DNA of 64,000 nucleotides from a virus. Its lineage: Duplodnaviria > Caudoviricetes. Every line of letters starts with the position of its first letter. Position 1 is the first letter of the stretch. Below the pieces are notes generated by a model. The model had not been told where the DNA came from. It was given only the letters and a program-made list of their open reading frames with translations, and did not search any database. Location: the IMG/VR virus record IMGVR_UViG_3300032214_000867, positions 820 to 64,819 of that record. One strand, 5' to 3'. The position numbers and the translations under genes are program-made. Below, piece after piece: positions 56,616 to 64,000 of the stretch.

Positions 56616-57650
56616 ATGAAAGTAGGATTAATTGGACTAGGGCGAATGGGCGAAGGAATGTCCCGTCGTATGATGAAAGCAGGAATAGAAGTCTGGGGTT
56701 ATCGGAGGAATTATGAGAAAGCAAACGAAGCATATGAAAAGGGATATGTGGATGGAATTGCAACTACTATTGAAAATCTTGTTAAAGTAGTTAAACAAAA
56801 TCATAAAGGTGGTCAACAACCAGGCATTTTTCAAATGGTTGTTCCTGCTGAAACAGTAGAGGAGACGATTAATGAGTTACTACGATATTGTGGTGAAGGA
56901 GATATTATTATTGATCATGGCAATAGCAATTTTAAGGACAGTCGGAAGAGAGCAGAACGACTTGCAAAGCAGGGCATCCAGTATATTGATTGCGGCACTA
57001 GTGGTGGTGTTTATGGTTTGGATCGTGGATACTGTCTTATGGTTGGAGGTGGAGATACTGCAGTCGCCACTTGTGCAAAGATATTCTCTGCCCTCTCCCC
57101 AGATATTCACTCCTGCCATAGAACGGATCCAACATCTGATGTAACTTCTGCGGAATACGGTTGGTTACATTGTGGAGGTCCAGGCGCTGGACACTTTGTA
57201 AAGATGGTCCATAATGGTATCGAATATGGCATTATGCAAGCATATGCTGAAGGATTTAATATCATCAAGAATGCAAACGCAGGTGCCAAATATGTCAGAG
57301 AAGGAGATGCAGAGGTTGCCCCTATGGCAGACCCAGAGAGTTATTGTTATGATGTTGATGTTGCTGAAGTGGCTGAGTTATGGCGTCGTGGTAGTGTGGT
57401 TGGGTCTTGGTTACTTGACCTTACTGCTGATGTGTTACGCAGGGATGGTGAGCTTAAACAGTTCTCTGGAGGTGTATCCGACAGCGGTGAGGGTCGTTGG
57501 ACTGTTTCTGCCGCTGTGGACTTGGGGGTTCCCGCTCCTGTCATTACTACTGCACTATTTGAAAGATTTAACTCACGCAATCTCGGATCGTTCGGAGCAA
57601 AGATTTTAAATGGAATGCGTTACATGTTCGGAGGACATCACGTTAGATGA
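56616..57650 (+). CDS. gnd: 6-phosphogluconate dehydrogenase (short decarboxylating type)
   Basis: IGLGRMG, DHGNS, DCGTSGG, GAGHFVKMVHNGIEY, DSGEGRW, FGGH. Confidence 0.97.
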   Translation: MKVGLIGLGRMGEGMSRRMMKAGIEVWGYRRNYEKANEAYEKGYVDGIATTIENLVKVVKQNHKGGQQPGIFQMVVPAETVEETINELLRYCGEGDIIIDHGNSNFKDSRKRAERLAKQGIQYIDCGTSGGVYGLDRGYCLMVGGGDTAVATCAKIFSALSPDIHSCHRTDPTSDVTSAEYGWLHCGGPGAGHFVKMVHNGIEYGIMQAYAEGFNIIKNANAGAKYVREGDAEVAPMADPESYCYDVDVAEVAELWRRGSVVGSWLLDLTADVLRRDGELKQFSGGVSDSGEGRWTVSAAVDLGVPAPVITTALFERFNSRNLGSFGAKILNGMRYMFGGHHVR

Positions 57651-57755
57651 TTAGTTCAGAAACACCTTATAAACTTGCAGAAATAATTCGGGATACTTGG
57701 CCTAGTCTTTACAGAAAACCAGAACCATCATATAATAAAGAAAAGCAATTAAATA

Positions 57756-58028
57756 ATGAACGAATACTGGATAGTAACTGAAAATAGGACTGGAAGAGTC
57801 ATCGCTCATTGTGGTGATATTAATGATGCAATTATGATGGTTTCATTTGATCCTCATTATCGTTCATATAGTCGCCATCGTTTCATTATGGATCAAGTAA
57901 TTGATATTACTTCAACAACTGATAAGCAACTTCCTGGTCAACAAGGACTTCCTGCCGGACAAATTCAAGTATTAAATTCATATAAAGAAAAACTTCCGCA
58001 AGGTGTTGGTAAACCTGTGATTGTATGA
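57756..58028 (+). CDS. Hypothetical protein
   Basis: 90-aa ORF, RTGRVIAHCG. Confidence 0.6.
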   Translation: MNEYWIVTENRTGRVIAHCGDINDAIMMVSFDPHYRSYSRHRFIMDQVIDITSTTDKQLPGQQGLPAGQIQVLNSYKEKLPQGVGKPVIV

Positions 58029-58213
58029 ACCATAAAAAACATAAACAATCACAGAATCTCAAAAAGAAAAGGATGTATACACCTGAAGGATACGTTGGTG
58101 ATCCCCCAGATGCAAAATGTCCACATTGCGGAAAATCTGGAAAATCTTGTTCTTATGTAAATAGTTTAAGACGTGCTTGGGCAAGGAGTGCTTGTGCTAA
58201 AAAACATGAATAG
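58025..58213 (+). CDS. Small Cys-containing hypothetical protein
   Basis: CPHCG..C...C. Confidence 0.55.
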   Translation: MNHKKHKQSQNLKKKRMYTPEGYVGDPPDAKCPHCGKSGKSCSYVNSLRRAWARSACAKKHE

Positions 58214-59318
58214 AAAAAAGAAAATTGCAATTGTTGGTGCTGGTAATGCTGCTTGTGCTACAGCATTATGTTTGTATTACCAAGCATTTGATGGGATAGA
58301 TAAAATAACAATATATTACGATCCTTCGGTGCCGATAGAAAAAGTTGGACAAGGAACAATTATAAATTTTCCATATTATATTTCTAAAGTTCTTGGAATT
58401 AACTGGTATTTAAATGATAATATTATAAAGGCAACTTATAAAAGTGGAGTTCTTTATGAAAATTGGGGTAAAAAACAAGAAAAAATATTTAATCCGTTTC
58501 CCATGGATTCTACTGGAATTCATTTTGTTCCTCACTTATTATCAAAAGCTGTTTTGGAGTCTGGGTTATTTGATATAGTTGAAAGAAATATTGTTGATCC
58601 TGAAAAAGAAATAGATTCTGATTATATTTTTGATTGTAGAGGAAAAAATAATAGAAAACCAGATTTATATGAAAATTTAGTTAATCCTCTTAATCATGTA
58701 ATTCTCGCTAAAAAATCTGAACCAGATTTAAAATTAAACTATACAAGATGTGTAGCAACTCCTGATGGGTGGACTTTTGTAATTCCAAATCAAGATAGTG
58801 TATCTTATGGATATTTATTTAATAGTAATATAACTGAATTAAAAAATGCATCTAATAATTTTGTTGAAATGTTTGATGTTGAACCAAGTATAGAGTTTCA
58901 ATTTGAAAATTATATTGCTAAAAGTTGTTTTTATGGCGAAAAGACAATATTAAATGGCAATAGATTGTGTTTTTTGGAACCACTTGAAGCTACATCAATT
59001 GCTTATTACTTAACAGTTGTAGAAAATTGTTTACCTTACATATTTGAAAATTTAAGTAAGGAAAAATGTAATAATCAAATCAGAAATGAAATGTATAAAA
59101 TTCAAAATTTTATTTTGTGGCATTATCAATATGGATCAAAATATGATACTCCATTTTGGAGATATGCAAAATCTTTATCATTTCAACCAGATTTTGAATT
59201 TAAAAGCGCAGTAGAATATGCTGAAAAAAATAACTCTATTATTTGTAGATCTAGTGAAATGCAATATTCGCAGTGGCAAATTAACAGCTTTAAAATATGG
59301 ATTGATGGTAATACATGA
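58206..59318 (+). CDS. Flavin-dependent tryptophan-halogenase-like protein
   Basis: IAIVGAGNA, KVGQGT, ATYKSG, FDCRG, GWTFVIP, FLEPLEATS. Confidence 0.85.
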   Translation: MNRKKKIAIVGAGNAACATALCLYYQAFDGIDKITIYYDPSVPIEKVGQGTIINFPYYISKVLGINWYLNDNIIKATYKSGVLYENWGKKQEKIFNPFPMDSTGIHFVPHLLSKAVLESGLFDIVERNIVDPEKEIDSDYIFDCRGKNNRKPDLYENLVNPLNHVILAKKSEPDLKLNYTRCVATPDGWTFVIPNQDSVSYGYLFNSNITELKNASNNFVEMFDVEPSIEFQFENYIAKSCFYGEKTILNGNRLCFLEPLEATSIAYYLTVVENCLPYIFENLSKEKCNNQIRNEMYKIQNFILWHYQYGSKYDTPFWRYAKSLSFQPDFEFKSAVEYAEKNNSIICRSSEMQYSQWQINSFKIWIDGNT

Positions 59319-60856
59319 ATAACATGAAATTTATTGGTATTAGGGTATGTGATCATGATTCAAATATCACATATTCTAATGGGAAAAAAATAAAATATTA
59401 TAAGTCTGAAAGAGATTATCAAATTAAACATCATGGATTTAAAGATTTAAATCAGTGGAAGAAAATAATAGATATGTGGGATGTTTCTCCATCTGATATT
59501 GATGCGATTGGAATAGTAATGGATTGTTTTAGATATCCAAATATAGAATGTAGGGAGGAAAAAATTTATGAATTGATTGATATTCCTTTTTTTAATTTTC
59601 TTGGATTTGATTGTCCTATTTTTAGAATTAATCATCATTATGCACATACATTAAGTTCTTGGCCTCTTGGTGTTAAAACTGATATTGATTTTGTTTTTGA
59701 TGGATTTGGGGATGATTGGGAGTCTCATTCTATATTTAAAAATAATGAAAGAATTGTTAGGCGTAGTTCTAATGAGTTCCCAAGTCTTGGGATGGTTCTT
59801 GCCGAAATTGGTGTAATTTTAGAAATGCAAGGATTGGGATTAGATTATGCCGGAAAGATTATGGCGATGAAAGGATATGGGAGATCAAAAAATATTAATA
59901 ACCAATTTAGTTTTGAGTCATTTGGATTATTAAAATTGTGGGATTATAATTACTGCGCTCACATGAGTAGAAAAATACATAATTCTGTTCATGGGGTCGA
60001 TAAGATTGGAAAGGAATTTCAAGAATTTTTTGATCATATAAGAACATGCCATGAGGAAACCGAAAGAATTTTTGTTAATTATTTTAAATCTCATACATCT
60101 GAAAATGATGTGATAAGTTATAGTGGAGGAGTTGCTCAAAATACTATTATTAATTCCGAAATTAAAAAAGTTAGACCAAATCTTTATATTCCACCCCACT
60201 GTAACGATGAAGGGTTATCGTTAGGAATAGTTGAATTTCTTCGTCAATATTATGATCAAGAACCTTTTGATAACACTGGATATCCCTATTGGCAATCGGA
60301 TGAAAAACCAGAGTCTGATCCTTCAGATGAAACAATTTCTAAAACCGCAAGACTTTTATCTGAAGGTAAAATTGTTGGATGGTATCAGGGAAATGGTGAA
60401 GTTGGATCTAGAGCACTTGGAAACCGTAGTATATTAATGGATCCTTCTGTAAGAAATGGAAAGGAAATATTAAATAAAAAAGTTAAACGTAGGGAATGGT
60501 TTAGACCTTTTGGAGCTTCAATTCTGGAAGAAAAAACTGAAAAGTATTTTGATTGGACTGGACCGTCTCCATATATGCTTTATGTAATGGATATAATTAA
60601 TAAAAAATCTTTTCCTTCAATTACACATGTGGATGGTACTTGCAGAATTCAAACTGTTTCTTCGGATTTAAATTTTTACTATAAATTAATATCCGAGTTT
60701 AATGAAATTACTGGTATTCCTATGTTGTTAAATACTTCTTTAAATGGTGGTGGAAAACCAATTTGCGGATCAATAAATGGTGCAGTAGAAATTTTTTCAA
60801 CAACTGATATTGATGTTCTTGTAATAGGAGATGAGATATATGAAAAAAATTATTAA
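59315..60856 (+). CDS. NodU/CmcH family O-carbamoyltransferase
   Basis: HDS, HHYAH, DGFG, AGKIMA, GGVAQN, RALGNRSIL, KRREWFRPF, LNTSLN. Confidence 0.93.
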   Translation: MNNMKFIGIRVCDHDSNITYSNGKKIKYYKSERDYQIKHHGFKDLNQWKKIIDMWDVSPSDIDAIGIVMDCFRYPNIECREEKIYELIDIPFFNFLGFDCPIFRINHHYAHTLSSWPLGVKTDIDFVFDGFGDDWESHSIFKNNERIVRRSSNEFPSLGMVLAEIGVILEMQGLGLDYAGKIMAMKGYGRSKNINNQFSFESFGLLKLWDYNYCAHMSRKIHNSVHGVDKIGKEFQEFFDHIRTCHEETERIFVNYFKSHTSENDVISYSGGVAQNTIINSEIKKVRPNLYIPPHCNDEGLSLGIVEFLRQYYDQEPFDNTGYPYWQSDEKPESDPSDETISKTARLLSEGKIVGWYQGNGEVGSRALGNRSILMDPSVRNGKEILNKKVKRREWFRPFGASILEEKTEKYFDWTGPSPYMLYVMDIINKKSFPSITHVDGTCRIQTVSSDLNFYYKLISEFNEITGIPMLLNTSLNGGGKPICGSINGAVEIFSTTDIDVLVIGDEIYEKNY

Positions 60857-61751
60857 TGTATTGTTTCTTTCTAGAAATTATAAAGAACAACTTTGGGAAT
60901 ATGATTTTATTATGAATGATATTCTTCCTTCGGATGTAGATAAAAATCCATACTTTATGTTTTTGGATGATGTTAGAAACTCAACAGAAACTTTTGATGT
61001 TCTTGTTTATAGTGCTAGAGATCCAAATAATTATCCTTGGGGGTGGATGCCAACTTATGATGAAGTATTGGAATGTGTATTAAAGACAAAACCAAAAATA
61101 ATTATTCAATTATCTGATGAATTTAAACATGAAGATTTACAATCTCATAATAAATTGGGAAATTATTGTGAATTATTTTTAAGACAATATCATCATGAAA
61201 ATTATTTTTATACTTTAAACACTATTCATATACCACTTGCATATAAAAATGGATTTGACATTAAAAATAAGTCAATCAAATCTATAAAAGATAGGAAATA
61301 TAATTGGAGTTTCGTTGGAACTTATAAATCAGATAGACAAGAATTGATTGATTATTTTTCTGAAATTAAAAATAATAAGTGTATTGTTCGGGAAGAGAGT
61401 GATACTCAAGTCATTTCACCAGATCAACTTGTTGACTATTTTCTTGATTCTATTTTTATTCCTTGTAGTAGAGGATGGTCAACTATAGATACTATGCGGT
61501 TGTATGAAGCATCTATGTCTGGTGCTATTCCAGTTTTAGTTTCAACTAAAGAAGAATTTGAATTAGTATTTAAATATGAAGAAAATCCTCCTTGGATTTT
61601 TGCTCAAAGTTGGCAAGAAGCATCTAATATTTGTAAAAATCTTTTAGAAAATAAAGATGAGTTGGAAAAAATGCAACAATTAATTTTGGAGTGGTGGGAA
61701 AATAGAATTAACAAAATAAAAAAAATAGTTTACTTTTTAATATCAATTTGA
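60840..61751 (+). CDS. Exostosin-like glycosyltransferase
   Basis: LSDE, RKYNWSFVG...R, SIFIPCSRG...RLYEA..GAIPV. Confidence 0.78.
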   Translation: MKKIINVLFLSRNYKEQLWEYDFIMNDILPSDVDKNPYFMFLDDVRNSTETFDVLVYSARDPNNYPWGWMPTYDEVLECVLKTKPKIIIQLSDEFKHEDLQSHNKLGNYCELFLRQYHHENYFYTLNTIHIPLAYKNGFDIKNKSIKSIKDRKYNWSFVGTYKSDRQELIDYFSEIKNNKCIVREESDTQVISPDQLVDYFLDSIFIPCSRGWSTIDTMRLYEASMSGAIPVLVSTKEEFELVFKYEENPPWIFAQSWQEASNICKNLLENKDELEKMQQLILEWWENRINKIKKIVYFLISI

Positions 61752-61905
61752 AATGAAAAATTTAGCACATCAAGTTAAAGTTGTTTTAACACGAGATTCT
61801 GATATTACATATAAAGAAGAGTTTAATTATATTTTTATAACTCTAAAAGAAACTATAAAAATACTGCTAAAGATTAAATAAATAAGTATAAGTTATCTAT
61901 TCTTT

Positions 61906-62277
61906 ATGGAATTGTTTCATTCTTCCGAATGTTATTTGTATAATCTTGAAACTACTTCATCAAGTAAAGCAAAAAAAATTTGGAGAGAAGCAATAAAAGA
62001 AAAGTGGGATTATGAATGTGCATATTGTGGATCTAAAAATGACATTACATTAGATCATGTAATTCCTCAAGCATTTGGCGGTCTTGATATTTCCTCTAAT
62101 ATTGTATCTTGTTGTAAAACTTGCAACCATAATAAAGGGCATAAAAAATGGGATGAATGGTTCTTTGAAAAAGAATTTTTTTCAGAAAATAGATATAATA
62201 AAATAAGATCGTGGATTGGACAGAACCAAGTAAAAGAACTATATCCATATAAAATGAGAAGGAATAATTGTACTTAA
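61906..62277 (+). CDS. HNH endonuclease
   Basis: CAYCG, TLDHVIP..GG, NIVSCCKTCNHNKG. Confidence 0.9.
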   Translation: MELFHSSECYLYNLETTSSSKAKKIWREAIKEKWDYECAYCGSKNDITLDHVIPQAFGGLDISSNIVSCCKTCNHNKGHKKWDEWFFEKEFFSENRYNKIRSWIGQNQVKELYPYKMRRNNCT

Positions 62278-62330
62278 ATAAATATACATAACGGAGAATT
62301 TTTTGATTTATCAGCGAGAGAAATCATCTA

Positions 62331-64000
62331 ATGGCAGACATACGGGTTCGTGTAAATTCAGGAAATCAACCAACCGTTAGGGTCGGCCAAGAAAATGCTG
62401 TAAAAATAGTTGCTAGTAGTTCTGGTGCTCAAGGAATACAGGGTTCTCAAGGTGCTAGAGGACTTGATGGTTTATTTACTGGGCAAGGAGCACAGGGTAC
62501 TCAAGGAGAACAAGGCACTCAAGGAACCCAAGGACTTTCTGGTGCATATGCAGGTCAAGGTGCTCAAGGAACTCGTGGTGCTGATGGATATATTGGATCT
62601 GATGGATCGCAGGGTGCCCAAGGAACGCAAGGATTGCAGGGACTGCAAGGATCTGGGGGTCTTCAAGGAGGATTAAGTAATTTCCAAGGTACTCAAGGAC
62701 TTCAAGGTAATCAAGGTACTCAAGGATTACAGGGTAATCAAGGATTGCAGGGTAATCAAGGTACTCAAGGACTTCAAGGATTGCAAGGTGATCAAGGAGT
62801 TCAGGGTATTCAAGGTTCAGGTTCTCAAGGTATTCAAGGACTTCAAGGTGATCAAGGACTTCAAGGCACTCAAGGTGTTGGGTCCCAGGGTACTCAAGGA
62901 TTGCAAGGTACTCAAGGTGTTGGGGCACAGGGTGCTCAAGGTCTTCAGGGTGATCAAGGTATTCAAGGCACTCAAGGTGTAGGTTCTCAAGGTGCTCAAG
63001 GCACTCAAGGATTACAGGGTGATCAGGGTACTCAAGGACTTCAAGGATTACAAGGGAATCAAGGATTACAAGGTTCTCAAGGTTCTCAAGGTTCTCAGGG
63101 AACACAAGGACTTCAAGGTGATCAAGGAATACAAGGTACTCAAGGACTTCAAGGTTCTCAAGGTCTTCAAGGTAATCAAGGTTTACAGGGTTCTCAAGGT
63201 CTTCAGGGTAATCAGGGTACTCAAGGATTGCAGGGTACTCAAGGCACTCAAGGATTGCAGGGTAATCAAGGTACTCAAGGATTACAAGGTAGTCAAGGAC
63301 TTCAAGGTGATCAAGGTGTTCAAGGTCTTCAAGGTTTAAGTAATCAAGGATCTCAGGGCATTCAAGGATTTCAAGGAGTTGTTGGACAAAAAGGTGATAA
63401 AGGTGATGATGGAACTTCAGTTAACATTATTGGATCTGTTCCCTCAAAAACTACTTCTATTGGATCCACTGTTTTAACTAATAATGATACCGTTTATTCC
63501 TGGTATCCACCTTCAACCGGAGATGGAGTTATTGCTTCTGATACTGGTAGTTTATGGGTTTTTGATGGATCTATTTGGAATGATGCTGGGAATGTTAGAG
63601 GTCCGCAAGGTGTTCAGGGTTTACAAGGTACTCAAGGATTTCAAGGTACTCAAGGTCTTCAGGGTGAGCAAGGAATTCAAGGTACTCAAGGTGTAGGAGT
63701 TCAAGGTCTTCAAGGTACTCAAGGTTCTCAAGGACTTCAAGGTGATCAAGGAATACAAGGTACTCAAGGTCTTCAGGGTAATCAGGGTACTCAAGGTCTT
63801 CAGGGTAATCAAGGACTTCAAGGTTTTCAAGGTTCTCAAGGTCTTCAAGGTACCCAAGGACTTCAAGGTACTCAAGGATTACAGGGTAATCAGGGTACTC
63901 AAGGACTTCAAGGTGATCAAGGAATACAAGGTACTCAAGGACTTCAAGGTAATCAAGGTACTCAAGGATTACAGGGTAATCAAGGATTGCAGGGTAATCA
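62331..64000 (+). CDS. Collagen-like (Gly-X-Gln)n fibre protein, 3' truncated
   Basis: Open frame from ATG 62331 (MADIRVRVNSG...) to the window end; long GTQ/GLQ/GNQ/GDQ runs with an insert GTSVNIIGSV...LWVFDGSIWNDAG; TAAATA late motif upstream. Confidence 0.9.
   Translation, partial: MADIRVRVNSGNQPTVRVGQENAVKIVASSSGAQGIQGSQGARGLDGLFTGQGAQGTQGEQGTQGTQGLSGAYAGQGAQGTRGADGYIGSDGSQGAQGTQGLQGLQGSGGLQGGLSNFQGTQGLQGNQGTQGLQGNQGLQGNQGTQGLQGLQGDQGVQGIQGSGSQGIQGLQGDQGLQGTQGVGSQGTQGLQGTQGVGAQGAQGLQGDQGIQGTQGVGSQGAQGTQGLQGDQGTQGLQGLQGNQGLQGSQGSQGSQGTQGLQGDQGIQGTQGLQGSQGLQGNQGLQGSQGLQGNQGTQGLQGTQGTQGLQGNQGTQGLQGSQGLQGDQGVQGLQGLSNQGSQGIQGFQGVVGQKGDKGDDGTSVNIIGSVPSKTTSIGSTVLTNNDTVYSWYPPSTGDGVIASDTGSLWVFDGSIWNDAGNVRGPQGVQGLQGTQGFQGTQGLQGEQGIQGTQGVGVQGLQGTQGSQGLQGDQGIQGTQGLQGNQGTQGLQGNQGLQGFQGSQGLQGTQGLQGTQGLQGNQGTQGLQGDQGIQGTQGLQGNQGTQGLQGNQGLQGN
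62424..64000 (+). repeat. 9-bp periodic coding repeat (CAAGGNNNN)
   Basis: Degenerate 9-nt units; block CAAGGACTTCAAGGTGATCAAGGAATACAAGGTACTCAAGG recurs near 63105, 63729 and 63900. Confidence 0.92.

Noticed and set aside
62410-63875. Several track ORFs with VLK/LEH/TLS repeats, and a possible CRISPR-like array
   Set aside because: Alternative frames of the 9-bp collagen repeat; no unique spacers and no cas genes

Overview
A 64-kb segment of an AT-rich T4-like cyanomyovirus, probably infecting freshwater Synechococcus/Cyanobium (inferred from gene content). Replication and nucleotide core: regA, hsp20, gp43, uvsX, gp41, mazG, gp61, nrdA/nrdB, with putative head-internal proteins interspersed. 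A tRNA/ncRNA-rich region has 10 tRNAs (9 with U34), manA-like and wcaG-like RNAs, a Som porin, Dps and small membrane proteins, one of them NdhQ-like. A 19-kb glycan island encodes gmd, fcl/colC, colD, GT11, GT6, GT25, GT47, a split transketolase and heptose enzymes. Further on come hli/petF/prx, a lysis/envelope module, a minus-strand four-gene operon of exported and membrane proteins, psbA with a PhotoRC-II-like leader, talC, gnd, a halogenase, a carbamoyltransferase, and a Gly-X-Gln collagen-like gene that runs off the end. The best candidate for an undescribed system is the late minus-strand operon at 52093-54290 (half-TolC-like protein, two exported beta-rich proteins, Pro-rich membrane anchor). 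Other leads: twin hydrolases sharing an N-terminal domain, an NdhQ-like peptide, a putative anti-Yfr1 sRNA beside the porin, a colitose/blood-group-like glycan pathway, atypical tRNAs, and promoters built into terminators. All family calls come from reading motifs by eye; no searches were run.
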